Shown here in pieces: positions 10,238-23,435 of a DNA stretch of 64,000 bases. The notes beneath the pieces are model-generated. The model had not been told where the DNA came from. It was given only the letters and a program-made list of their open reading frames with translations, and did no database searches. The stretch's first letter is position 1, and every line of letters begins with the position of its first letter. This DNA is from Camelus ferus. Its lineage: Eukaryota. The stretch spans positions 18,354,001-18,418,000 of the forward strand of contig NC_045697.1 of NCBI RefSeq assembly GCF_009834535.1, read 5' to 3'. A program made the translations under genes and the position numbers.

Positions 10238-13200
10238 AAATTAAAAAAGAAAAGAAGAGGAAGAAAGAGAAAGTGCCAGAAAGGAAGAGGGTAGAGGAAC
10301 CAAACTTAGACAGGAACTTCAAAACATCTCATTAGGAAAATGAGGCAGTTAAGGAAGAACTCACCAAGTGATCTGCTTAAACTTTAATTAATTATTCATT
10401 TATATATATTTATGTGGCACACTTTCTCTAGGGAACCCAATGTGCTTTGCAAACATATTAAATAATTAACTCTCAAATCTGAGTGAAGTGGCGAGGCAGC
10501 CAAATTATGCCATGAAAGGCCGAGGGGGTGGGTGAGCGATGGCCAGATGTCTTGCTTTGAAAAGGCAATACGTGTGGCGCTCACAGAGGCCACAGAGCAC
10601 AAGACTTCTTTTTGGTCTGATAGTCTGGTGGTATGTCCTAGCACCTTCCAGAGTAAGCATTTTTTGTTTATATGGGTAAATGATGCTACAGAACAGACGG
10701 ACCGGCAGGCAGACACACAGACTGATATGAATTACTATAGGAATCCAGTATATTTTGAGAGGGTGTTATTAGAAGAAAGTCGAATGGGGCACATTTGAAA
10801 AAAAAAACCAAAACACTGCCTTCAGGACGAAAATAAAAGGAAGGATTTCAGATCAAGAACATCGAATGTGGCATTAAATGAAATGAAACTGCAAAGGCCA
10901 AACGCCAAATGATGAGCCATAACATTTACTAGGTTGTGTTTAAACATATTTTGAGTGCCTAAAATTGTATCCTCGCTATACTGTTGACAGGACACACATT
11001 AAAAAATATACCTTTACCATGAATGGTTTAAACATCTCTCCGGAAAGTAGAAATGTATCTGCCAAATCAGTGGAGGGCAAAAACAAACAAGAAACTTGAG
11101 AAATTAAAAAAAAATAAAAACTGAGAAGTGAAAGAGGCAGCTGCTGCGGTGCTATGGGCGTGGCTGCCGTGAGCGAGCAGGGCAGCTGTGCACTCATCGG
11201 AAGAGCCGCACCTCCGTGGGCTAAGATCTCTCAGTCAGTTACAGGAACAGACTTGTGTTCAGTGCATCTTAAAACTGGTACTTGGGAATCCACATACAGA
11301 GAGAGACAGACAGACACGGTCCTTGGCGAGATCACAGTGATTAAAACCACAACACTCAGTTGTTCATGTACCTATCACTCGGCGACACGGTGGCCGGAAG
11401 CTACTTTTGAGATTTGGCCAGCTAGCCTACAGGAAGTTTCAGTGTGGGAAAGAGATGGTGATTAACAAGAAGACAGGTTTTCTCACCTTCTTAAAATGAA
11501 AGATGATCTTACCCCAGGACCACTAGCAGGAAATTAAAATTAAAAAGGGAAGGGTGGTAAGTTGGAAGGGAAGAAACTTTTCCAAAAAGCAAACAAAACC
11601 ATCCTATTGATCCCCAATTCCACCTGGAGTCCTGACTGCTTTCAGGTTTTATTTTATTTTACCCTTTTTTAAAAAGGGGATTTATCTTCTCTCTCTCTCT
11701 CTCTCTTTTTTTTTTAAGGGAAGCAACTTGGTGTAGGAGCTAAAATTGATTCTCCACCAATTTCCAATCAAAAGCCTTTGAGCAAGTCCCTTAACCCTTC
11801 TGAGCAGGCTTTATCCATTGAAAATGATGACAGCCACTCTCAGGATTGTCTTGAGGATTAAACGAAATGGTGGCTGAGAAGTGCTTTGCAAACTACACAA
11901 ATGCAGGGTTATTTGTATCCTTTTGGACAGGGATGAAAGTCTTACTGTTCAGGGCGCACACTTCTGAGTGCCAGGACTGCAAAACTCACAGGTCTCTCCC
12001 TCCCACCCTCTTCCATGGACTAACATCCCACGCTGCTGCTGCTGGAATGTTCCAAAATCATGCTCCAGTTTCAAAGATGTTGGTCTCATTTTTATAATTT
12101 GCTTTCCTCGCTAGACCAACCCCCGTTTATCTGGTTAATTTCTTATCAGTCAGGGATCCTAGTCTTCGGTCTTAACATAAATGGACCAACATTTTCCTTC
12201 CTAATCCTCCTACTGCCAGCAACATAGACCACAAAACAAAACAAAACAATCCCTGTCTCTATATCCTTTCAGGGGTAGTAGATAAATTCTCCTTTTCCAA
12301 GATAAACACAAGGGCTGCCTGGGGTGACTTCTGTCTAGGGCTTCCTGACATTCAGACCAACTAATTTTTACTAACTCCATTCACATTTTCAATAGATATA
12401 GCTTCTAAGTCCTAATCTAAAACACCAAAAGCCTTTCAAATCATGTAAGCCATTCAGGTATTATTAAGGTATATTATTGAGGTATTAAAATTTTCAGATA
12501 TTATTTTATTATTATTTACATTATGAATCTATTCTAGGATATTTGCTATAATATAGTTTGAATCTATTTTATGTATTACCTATACAGGGAAAACAACTAT
12601 ATACATATTACATATATAGACAAAACTACTATAGACAAGTTTAACCTTATTTTGCATACGTAAGTTTATATAACTTATATATTTTATATATACATGAAAT
12701 AAGCTTAACTTTGTCTATATCGAATCTCAATTGACCAAATTTAAATTTAGGGTGGTTGACAGGTACTTCTGTGACATCTCTAAATCCTGCGTCTCCAATT
12801 ATATTAAAGAAACATCTGCCCACCTAACCAACTTAACAGAACGAAGTAGGCAAAATAACGGGAAAGCCCTGGCAGCGTCAAGGTGAGAAGTAACACTCCT
12901 TAAATGATAACACCAGATCCCCCAACTGTGATCTCATTAAACCTCACGACACTCGGATAAGGGATTCAGCTGCTGCTTTTGTTTTCATTCTTAGAGAAAA
13001 GGACGGTGGAGGTCCAAGGAGATTTGGCCAGTTTTCAAGGTCACTCAAGTACAGCCCAGCAAACAGATGGAAAACAAAAAATCTTCAATCTACACGGTTG
13101 CGGTGACCCAAGCCGGATAGTGCAATTGGTCCCAGCAGAGGAGGGGGAGCACCGGACCCCTGTCAGAGCACTTCAGTCTCTTGGGAAATTTCCCAAAGCT

Positions 13201-13680
13201 TTTCCAATTCTTCCAGACTTTGCGTAAGCATCCTGATGATTGTATTACAGCTGTTAATACTCTCCCGTCTCCCACCAAACCCGAGATGGGGAGAAATCAT
13301 ATAAGCTCTCAAGAGCACAAAAAATGAACACCCCGTTCTTTTTCTGTTCTTCTGCGAAGGAAGACATGGCGAAGGTGTTTTTGCACTTCCAACTTAAAGT
13401 GAAACGGTGGACTTGCAGAATCCTAAGCTCACCTGCCCTCAGGGGATAAAAAGGGGCCTGCCCTTAGCTGGGAGTGTCAAGTGTGGTCATCTTCCTACCC
13501 ATGCTATGTGTCTAAATAGTTTGAGAAGTAAAACTGCTTTCAGGCTGCAGAACCTCTGGCCACATTCTATGGAAAATGTTAAAAACACTTTTATGTAAAA
13601 CAATCAACAAATTATTGGCAATGTTTATTTTTATTACACCAAAGCCTCTACACCAAGTGCATTAATTATGGATACTCTAG

Positions 13681-13903
13681 TTCAGGGCTCAAAAGTGGAG
13701 GGTGGACTTCTTCCCCCAGGGGACATTTGGCAATGTCTGAGATGGTTTTGGTTGTCACAAGTGGGAGAGGGAATGTCGTGTTGTGGGTGTCCAGTGGGTA
13801 AGGGCCAGAGATGCTGTTAAACATGCTACTTCGCACAGGATAGCCCCACGACCAGGAATGATCCGGCTCCAGGGTTCAAGGTCACCGAGGTTGAGAAACT
13901 CTG
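13681..13903. mobile_element. MER20 hAT-Charlie DNA transposon
   Basis: CCCCCAGGGGACATTTGGCAATGTCTG...GGTTGTCACAA...GGCCAGAGATGCTGTTAAACAT...GAGGTTGAGAAACTCTG. Confidence 0.85.
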
Positions 13904-14609
13904 CTCTAGGACAAATCCATTCAATATTCAGGAAACAGGTACCCCTCCCCTTCCTTCCCCGCCCAGAATTCTGCCTGAATTCTTATTGTTATTATTGTTG
14001 TCTTAACATGCTCTGCATTATAACAGCTAGAATCAAATTTTTTTTCAGATCTTTTACATCTCCAAATGTTCAATACCTGGAGTCTGAAAATGCCATTTAT
14101 GATGTATTTTATGTTTAGTGTTCTAAATGGGGTTAAGTTTATATTTTGAATTTATCTACATTGCATCTCTGTTGTAGATGAAAGCTTCAGTGCACAAAGG
14201 CCACATGCTACCTTTCAGGGGAGAGATTATGTCAGTTGGGCATCTTGTGTACTATTAACGTTGAAACAAGTCTTCCCTGTCAGACTGTTACAGCTAAACA
14301 CGTTTGGATCTTCAAGCAGCAAGCACAGACATCCTGCTCAAATGGTTTCTTGTGCGCAGAGAAGAGAGCAGATCCAGACCACTGGAGCATGGCCCTCTGC
14401 CACCCCTGAGCATCCTCCCCATTATCCGCTCAGGCCTGGGAGGCCAGCCTGCCTGACAGCTAACAGCTGTCAGGGGACACCTGTAATTGAGTCAAGTTGA
14501 GGACCAGGGACTATGTAAGCAAGAACAGAAAGTTTTAAAACCCTCTTCCTTGAGTGCCTCTGAGTCCCACAACTCACACTGTGAAATTGGGTCTGTTCCT
14601 ATGTTCCAC

Positions 14610-15150
14610 CTAGTCTTCCCCGAGTGTCAATTTTGCTCTTAAGATAAGGACAAAGATCCTTTAGGGCCCACAAGGTTCTGCCCACACCCTTTGCTGTCTC
14701 CATTCCTGCCACACCGACCTTCATTCTAGCCCTCGTGTAGGTCACACTGTCCTACCACAGGGCCTTTGCACAAGTTATTCTCATTTCCTCAAGTTCCCCT
14801 CAACTCCCCCCACTTTACCAAGTTAATTCACTTGTTCATTTAACAGATATCAGCCCAGTCATCTCTTCCTCAAGAAAACATCCCAGACCTCCCTAAGTCA
14901 AATCCCTGTAATGCACATTGCCATTGCTTCCTTTAAAGCACTCACACTCGAGGTTTTACGATTATTCGTGTAATTATTCAAATAATGTCTGGCGATGACA
15001 CATCATTGTTCTCTGAGCACTAAGCAAAACACTTGGCTTATCATAGATGCTACATAAGTATTTGTTGCCTGACTGTTTAGTTAAACAAGTGGACAAACGA
15101 ATGAAACAACAAATGAATGAATGAATGGATGAATGAATGAATGAATGAAA
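14610..15150 (+). mobile_element. L2 LINE 3' fragment ending in (GAAT)n
   Basis: CAGGGCCTTTGCAC motif; terminal GAATGAAT repeats at about 15098-15149. Confidence 0.7.
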
Positions 15151-16519
15151 GTATGAAGCTGTCTTAAAATCTAAAGTCAGCAGCAAAGCCATAGGTGTGA
15201 AGCTGGGTGTGTGTGCTTAGGTCCAGGTAACTATCTGGACTGTCAGTATTTGATATTTAGATTATAGGAAGGAGCAGAAGAGAAACCTTGCCTACAAAAC
15301 ATGCAACTGAGAAAAAAATTGTATACCTCACTTAGAGCATCATTAAGTTAGAGAACAACTCCCACACTGTGCTCTCAGATGAAGCCAACATCCAGATTCC
15401 CATTGCAGACTTGGCTCTCCTAGAATTCTCCTCTTCTTTCCCCAGATCCTGCTTCTTCTTCAACATAATATATCCACAGCTGCACCATTTCTTTACATTG
15501 TTTTTTTCTTTTTGGCGAGGTTAACCTTCCTTCTTCAGTTGTATGTTGTGCAATACCCAAGAGGCCAAGACTACTATTTGAGATATTTAAATATGACTTT
15601 GAGAAATGAGTCTGTCTTAGGTATAAAAGCCTACAGTCACCATGATGAACATGACTACAATGTTTAAAATCCCTAAATAAAGAGATGCAGCACTTTCTGC
15701 ATATTCATGCTGAGTTGAATATTATATATGATTCCTGATTTTGTAGGCATTCAAATAAGGCAGGAGAAGAGAATATGTATTTACTTATTTTTATCAATGA
15801 AAACAAACTGCACTTGACTGAAGAAAGAATTGTTTCCTCTAGGATAAAGAGTAATGTGTACATGGAAGGCAGTTCTGTGTATTAGTCTCTGAGCAAAGCT
15901 TTATTTCTATATTATTGGTCATTTTATGCACAGTGCTCAAGTGCCTTGTCAGTGACAGCCACTCATTAAATCACTGAAACTATCATATAAAAATAAAGAT
16001 GGAATTTAAGCTACATTGAGCCAGGCAGTCCGTTAGCAAATACTGATTGCTCCCCATGGGGTCCCAAGAATTCTTGCAGGTGATGGAGGTATATATTAAA
16101 GAAGTATATGGTCCGTTTCCTTGAAAGGACTTGGAGGCAAATCTAAGTGACAAATAGATGAACATGTAATCAAAATAAGAGCGTTCAGATAAGTGCTGTC
16201 TTGGAAAAATGAATTGAAGTTCAGCAATGGATCCTTTTCACAGACAGAGGAGCGAAGCTGGCCCCTGAATATGAAATAGTTTGGTGAAAGGCTAGACTCT
16301 GAGTCAAGAACCTCCAAGAGGTCAGCTTGGTTGAGCTCCTCCACTTTGGGACACATAAAGCCACAGGATAAACTTGGTACCTATTCCAGAAGGGTCATCT
16401 TCCTTTTCAGCAAAAAAAAAAATATATATATATATACATATATAACATTTTCCAACATAGAAACAAACATGGCTATCTCATGGAGAATAAATTCTTTAAA
16501 AAAAAAAAAAAAAAACCTA

Positions 16520-17125
16520 TGAGAATGTGGAGCTACCAGAACTTTCACAGACTGAAGGTGGGAGTACAGATTGGTTCAATCACTCTGGAAAACTGTTGGG
16601 GAGTATCAACTAAGTTGAGAAATGCAAAACCCACGATGCAGAAGTTCACTTCCAGGTGTACAAGCCCAAATCCGTGCTCAGGTGCGCTAACAGGTGTTTA
16701 CAAGAATGTTCATGGAAGTATTAGTCATAAAGACCAACAACTGGATCCAGCCTAAATGCCCCTCAACGATGAGATGTATAAATAGACCATGGCATAATGG
16801 ACACATGGCAATGAAAGTGAGTGAACTTGAACTACACCGGGCACAGTGATGAACCTCACACACATGCTGCGTGAAAGAAGCCACACACAAAGGAATAAAT
16901 AGTGTTTGATTCCATTTACATAAAATCCCCAAGTAGGCAAAACCAACAATAGTATTTGGTTTCCTTTGGGGAGAAGATAGGGAGGCACAAAGGGGCAGGG
17001 GGTTTCTGGGGCATTTGTTTACATGATGGTTACATGTCTTGTGATGATTCATTAAACTGTCTATGTTTTGTGTACTTTTTAGAGTGTATGTTATACATAA
17101 ATCATATTCCAATGGTTAAAACATT
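16520..17125 (+). mobile_element. Old L1 (L1MC/MD-like) 3' fragment
   Basis: CACTCTGGAAAACTGTTGG, CAAGAATGTTCAT, GAAAGAAGCCACACACAAAG and GATTCCATTTACATAAAAT motifs. Confidence 0.75.
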
Positions 17126-18470
17126 TTTCTTAAAATGTGTGACACTTTGAAAATAAAAGCACTAGCATTCAAAGAAATATACTGCTGGCAGGTAGGACTA
17201 CCTCCCACTCCTGCTGCCCCAAATTTGCTGAAGTATGTGTTCATCCTTTGTGATTAAATTCAAAAGATATTGACAAGGGAGAGGAGTTATCATACAAGAC
17301 CTGGGAGCTGGAAGGTAGATGGGAGTTGTCCAGATTCTGTTTCCCTGCCCTAGGGGGAATCCATCCGGGACACTATTGCCTGGGGACTGCTAAATGTAGG
17401 CACTGGACCAGAGTTACCTGAAGAGACTGGAAACAGATGAATCAACAATGGAAGAATTGGGTTGATGTATAGAAGCCAGAGGGTGGAGCCAGATAAATGA
17501 CATCAAATGACAAATGTAACTGATCAGGCAGTAAAGAGGAAGCAACTGGACAAAAGTTGCTGAGGAGTCCAAGTGCAGGTCAGAAAATAGAAAGATGGGT
17601 CAAGGGCTGGGACCTAGGGGAATAGGACTGGCTCTCCCATGCTGCCATGTTCCAGCATTAACCCAGAGAATTCTGAATTTGAATCTAGGCTTCTAGGTGG
17701 TGTCCAGGTAGGAAGATAGAACACAAGTCTGTTAGATTAATTTATAGCTTCTAAATATTTGGATATATGGAATGCTGGTCTTCATTTGTACTCTTTCCCC
17801 AGGGCCGAGGAATGTTAGGGTGTGGACCTGCAGGAGCCTCATATTTCTCACTTAGGAGAGCACGTTTTGGTTACTGCTCTAGCTTACAGAGAAGTTTTTT
17901 GGAACAATGATGCTGACATATCAATGCCAGTTATTACTGTCCCCCTCACCCCTCAGCTATGGGCAAACTTCAGCTTGGTAACATGGCTTCTGATTCATCT
18001 GTGCCAATAAAAATGCTGAGCAGGACAGGACTAAGTCCAGAGTCTGCTGAAAACTTGTTAGAGATCTTCGAGATTGATGTTAGCCCACTCACCCGTATAT
18101 TTTGGGAACCATTGTTTGACCATCAACACAACTAGCTAATCAGTTCTGTCCTTCCTATAAGGTTTGTGAACTCTGATGCAATCAATGTTCTTGGCAGGCT
18201 GCTGATCTCATTCTCAGGGACTCTTGCTGAAAAGAACTGGAGTGGTTTGACCAGACATGCCCAGTTCCTGTGCTCAGTGTCTTGCTGCCTCTTTTGCACG
18301 TGATTCTCTACTCTGTTTCCCACTCCTGGCTTGAAGAACACAATCAAATCTGGCCACTTGATAAAGGCCAACGTGATCAGTACAAAAGGTAATGAGGTAA
18401 ACCTTCAAGGCAATCTCTGAAGTTTCTGATCTGATGGGAAAGATGGCAAAGACTTTGGAGAACCAAAGGG

Positions 18471-18702
18471 CGAAGGTCGGAAAACTTTTTCTGTGAAACA
18501 CGAACTCATAAATACTTCAGACCTTGCAAGTCATATGGCCTCCATTTCAACTCTTCAACTCTGCTTTGAAGTCAGCCATAGTATGAAAGCATCCATCAAC
18601 GGTACTCAGCATAATGACGAGATTGTATTCTAATAAAACTTTATCTATAAAAATGGGTGGCGGACCAGATATGGCCAGTGGGCCATAGTTTGCAGACCCC
18701 TG
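18471..18702. mobile_element. MER58A-like hAT-Charlie DNA transposon
   Basis: GGTCGGAAAACTTTTTCTGT start; AATAAAACTTTAT; ends GGGCCATAGTTTGCAGACCCCTG. Confidence 0.8.
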
Positions 18703-21700
18703 TTCTAGGGGATAAACACTCTCTGAGAATAAGCAAAGAACTTTAGGAAATGGATTAATGTTCGGAATCAGTGAGAACAATACTACTATGTATCACCCTT
18801 AAGGTGGATCTCGTTGCGAGGCTGAGCTCTGCAGATCAGACCATCAGAAGCTTCCATCCAAAACACAAATCTGCTTGAGCCCTTCTCAGCCTGAAAACTT
18901 TCAGGGCTCACATTCACACTGAGCCTGGCCCAGTCACCCTGCCTTCTTTCCCAAATTCATCCTTTATCAATTTCACATACACCACGCAATCCAACCATGC
19001 CGACATCTTCCCTGTTCGCTCGTTACCTGTGCAGTCATGACTCCAAATTTTTGCCCATCCTGTTTCTCTGCGGAGAAGACTCCCCATGCCATCTTCAAAC
19101 TCTCATTCATCCCTCAAGACACAGTTCAAATATCTGCCTTGATGTTTCTCCAGCATCCCTAGGCTGGGTGAATTGCCTCCTCTTCTGTATTCCCAGCACA
19201 CTCTACATATAATCTATACTCCATCAGTGCTACTTCAGAGTGATCCCTTTAATTGATCTCTAATGACTTACCTTATCTTGTAATGTATTTTTAAAATTTC
19301 TTTGCTCCTTCCCCACTGGGTTGTGGACACTTACAGACACAGCGATGCCTAGTGAATCTTCCTTCCCCAGGAGTTAGCACCGGATCTGCCATGAAAAGGA
19401 AGCTGAGCTCATGTTTGCACAACTGTTTAACTCAGGGCAGAATCCAGTTGTGTCAGGGCCACTGGGGTTTCGTGGAATGATTCACAGTTTAGATTGTCTG
19501 CTATTTTTATAATATACTTGCTGTGGCTTAATAAGCAACTCTCTGACAAGGTACTTGGGAGCTGTTCACAAATGACAGAGTGACATTAAATTCAAGTCAG
19601 GTTCAGAAGTAAATATAACAAATCTCTCCTCCACCTAAATTATATGCTCCCTTCAAATCAGGAAAGATAATTGTTTGAGTTTCTACAGCTGCTGTGTATT
19701 TGCGCATATGTAGCTTTCTCTTTGGCAGATGTCTCATGAAAATCTCGTTCTCGTATTAGATATGGGACCATGTTGTATTTTTCCTTCTTTTAATGGATTT
19801 CCTAGATCTTGTTGATTTGCTCTTCAGTTTCACTTAGGACACCAAAATGGTCATTTCTTCAGTGGAATCCTGGCAGCTCAAAGGGTGGCTGCAATTTTTC
19901 AAAGTGCCTCCTGGATGACCCCTCATAGGGTTAAACCCAGAGGAGAATAGAGCTCAAAAAATGACAGGTGTCCCCAGGCCTACTGTTACATTGTTTGTCC
20001 AAGGAAAAGACAAACCGATGTTCGAGACAGACACGCATTAAGTACTGAGTTGCATGCTGCCACATCATCAGGTTTTCTGCAGCACCCACTTTTCAGATGC
20101 TGCTTTTTCTGCAAATTAAGGCATAGGGCACACAGGACAGGGGAGGGGGCAGATGTGCAGTTATGCTCTGCCCTCAGGCCCAGCCAAGAGGGCAAGTGGG
20201 GGCCTCCTCACCCTTGTCCTGCCATTAGTCCTAGTCTCAGGCTGCCCTGGGTAGGGGGCCAGGGGCAGCAGGTCGTCTTTTTATAACTTACACACAGGCA
20301 CCTTATAGACCAGGACTGGCCCCAAGGAAAACCAAGGCAAAAATTCCAAAGATGGGCACACCCCAATTCTCAATAAACCCTTACTTCCTCTAAAGCTCAG
20401 ACAGCCTCATGTTTTCCTCTTTACTTGCCCCAAGAATTCTTGAGAAAACAGAAGTTCCATGAGAATCCCCGTAGTGGGCAAAGGTGACTCGGTCCTGCCC
20501 CCGGTTAGGAGGTGGCCTCATCCCTTCTCTGCCTTTATCCTGTTCTCCCTCACCAGCAGCTCCTGCTCCAGTGGGGAATCCACCCTGCCTGTATCTCCAC
20601 GCCAGCCTTAAGCCCACATAGGCCTGCTCTTCAAGGTTACAGAGGCCACAAAACAAGAGCGGGGAAAATGGGGAAGTGGTAGAGATCAGTTTCTTTTCGG
20701 CGTGTCTGATTTCCTCTGGGCTCCGAGTTTGGCAGGGCATAAACAGATAATCAAAAATTTTTACTTTCCCAGGTAGGAATTATGTAATCAGAGGCTGCTT
20801 CTTCCTTTGTTTTTTTTCCTTTCTTTCTTTCTGTCTTTTTTTTGTTGTTGTTGTTGTTTAGGTTTTTTTTTTTTTTGGAAACTTCACTGGAAAGAAATTC
20901 CCCTTTTGTTCCCAATCACACAGAGTATTTCCCCTCTGCTTTTCCTTGGAAGTCTTCTGAAGCTCTCTGAAGCTAGTCAGATAATTCTGTGTAAATTATG
21001 CACACAGGGGAGTTTTAAAAATACATCCTTTATGATCCCTTGGAGTGTGTGTATGCAAAGTGATATCATATACTGACATAGATAACCCATTTCAAAAATA
21101 GCTTTGGTTCCTTCGCCTGGATCCACTCAATCCAGGAACTTGGCTCCATTTCCCTCCACCCCAGAGGTTCAAAGATGAGTAAGTGCCCTGTCCCTGCTCC
21201 CATTCTGAGAAGGTGAACTTTTTAACATTCTGTAAACAGAGGGAAGAATTTCTTCCATTAGTGCATGAAATCTGATTCTCCAAAACTTCAGCTCCTATTG
21301 CTAATGACTCCCAACTCTACCCTGGGCTTCCAAGACCCACCCTCTGCCTGAACATCTCCACAGATTTATCCCCCAGCCATTGCCAGCTCCATTCATCTGT
21401 CCCACCTTCAGCCCACCAGACTTGCTCATTCTCCGGCATTTCCTGCAGTGCTGGGAATATGCCCAGTCATCCAAGCAAGAAATGCTATGTTCCTGGCCAG
21501 GAATTCTTTTCTGGGGAACAAGGCATTGTGTTCCAGCCCTGAGCCCAAGTCCACACACATCAGGTCGGCCAGAGGAGCCGCCCGTTCCTGCTTGTTCCCA
21601 CACCGGGACTGTTTTATCCCCACCATTCCTCTCCCCTTGCTCCAGTTCCAGCCGTTAGTTAATTCCCTGGACTTCTGCAAACGCTGGGCGGAAGTGCCAT

Positions 21701-21821
21701 TCAGAGCGTGGGCCCAGGACAAGACTACCTGGGTTCAAATCCTATCTCAACCCCGCCTTAGCTCTGCAACCTGAGCCATGTCAGCCAATTCTTCTGTGCC
21801 TCAGTCCCCTTATCCTTAAAT

Positions 21822-21920
21822 TGATTAAAAAAATAATTTTAATTGAAGTAGCGTCAATTATAATGTGTCAATTTCTGGTGTACAGCACAATGTCCCAGTC
21901 ATGCATATACATACATATAT
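21822..21920 (-). mobile_element. 99-bp 5'-truncated L1 3' end inserted into a MIR
   Basis: Minus strand reads ATGCATGACTGGGACATTGTGCTGTACACCAGAAATTGACACATT...CTTCAATTAAAA; perfect 13-bp direct repeat CTTATCCTTAAAT at 21809-21821 and 21921-21933. Confidence 0.8.
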
Positions 21921-21965
21921 CTTATCCTTAAATCAGAATGATGCTTCTTGGGCATTTGGAAAGAA

Positions 21966-22480
21966 CAGGGGTTGACAGGCTTTCCCCATAAAGGGCCAGG
22001 TAGTATTTCCGGTGTTGTAGGGCAAGATGCAAAAATAAGGCTATTACATAGGTATTTTGGGGGGGTGGGGGAGGGAGGTAATTAGGTGTACTTATTTATT
22101 TATTTTTAGAGGAGGTACTGGGGATTGAACCCAGGACCTCGTGCGTGATAGGCATGCACTCTACCACTGAGCTATACCCTCCCCCCTACATAGGTATTTA
22201 AAATATAACTAGAGAAAGAATAAATTTCCACAACATTTTATTGACAAAGCTCAAAATATAGTAATAATTGAGGACTTTTTTTTTAATAATACAGACCCAT
22301 TAATGAGAACAATGAAATTCTATTTTGAGGAAGATAGCATTTTGCTTAATTAGGTTCAAAGTTAGTGTTTCCGATCATCAGAATCTTTCACAAATGTTCA
22401 TCTGTAAAATTCATTCTTCTCTTGTGGCTTAAAAACAAGAACAGGTGGTGGATGAGATTTGGCCCGCGGTTTGCCTACTT
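21966..22480. mobile_element. MER58/Cheshire-like hAT DNA transposon interrupted by a Vic-1 SINE
   Basis: CAGGGGTTGACA...TAAAGGGCCAGGTAGTA start; AGATTTGGCCCGCGG...TTTGCC end. Confidence 0.6.
22058..22186 (-). mobile_element. Vic-1-type camelid tRNA-derived SINE
   Basis: Minus strand GGGGAGGGTATAGCTCAGTGGTAGAG...GGTTCAATCCCCAGTACCTCC...CCTAATTACCTCCC; perfect 13-bp TSD TACATAGGTATTT at 22045-22057 and 22187-22199; TTTT/AAAT endonuclease site. Confidence 0.9.
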
Positions 22481-23029
22481 CACGGAAAGAATAAGAGATA
22501 GTGCAGAGTACTTAGCACACCATGAGTATTCAGAGGATGCTGGTTATTGTAATTATTTCTTATCATCCTATTCACGTTCACCCTTGGCTTCAGCCATGTA
22601 AATACTTGAGGTTTCCTCGAGCTGTTTCTGAGTCTTTGCTCATGCTGTGCCATAAGCCTTCGCCTCCTTAGGAATCCTTTCCTGTTTCTCTCCCTTCTTC
22701 CATATCTCCCCATCCCTGAAGGATTTGTCCACTCCCTACTCAAGGTCCTGCTCAGAGTGACCCCTTGCAGAGCTGCCTCCCTGCCACTGTGGCATTTGAT
22801 GGCTTACTTCCTCCTCTTTAAACTGTGAATAGAAACCATGCATTACTCACGAGGTCCCCAATCATATTGTGTGTTTGACAAATATTGGCTGAATAAACAA
22901 ATGAACCACCTCCTTGCAAATGGGAGACTCAGCAGAAACCTTCCTTGACTGCCCCAGTTCTCAGGGAGCTCTTTGTTCCCTGCACACCTAGAGCATTTTG
23001 GGCCCCATGGATTTTCTTAAAGGGACCCT

Positions 23030-23435
23030 TGGCTCTGGGTACAAATCTCAGCTGCGTCACTTCCTAGCTTTGTGGCTTTGTACAAGTTACTTAACTTCTC
23101 TGAGCCTCCACTTCCGTGTGGGTGAAATGGGGATACTGATGGTACTCACCTCACATGTTTGTAGACTGGGTGAGACAGAGCATATGAAGCACTTAGCACA
23201 GTGACTACTCCACAAATGCTTGTTGCTTTGCTCACATTTATTGACTAATGACCATAATATAAGCCCTTTTGTTAATATGTTTATTAGTCACTAGGACCCT
23301 ACGAGGTAGGTACTCTCATTATCCCCATTTTACAGATGAGAAAACATAGACTTTCAAGGTTGTATAACTTGCCCAACGTCACACAGCCAGTGTGGCAGAG
23401 CCAGGATTAAAACCCAGGCTGTCTGTCTCTAAAGC
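23030..23435. mobile_element. Two adjacent MIR SINEs in opposite orientation
   Basis: + copy CAAGTTACTTAACTTCTCTGAGCCTC (about 23030-23230); - copy ATCCCCATTTTACAGATGAGAAAAC (about 23290-23435). Confidence 0.75.

Noticed and set aside
15098..15149. (GAAT)n array as a CRISPR-like or functional repeat
   Set aside because: Normal L2 terminal microsatellite with no spacers; the sequence is eukaryotic.
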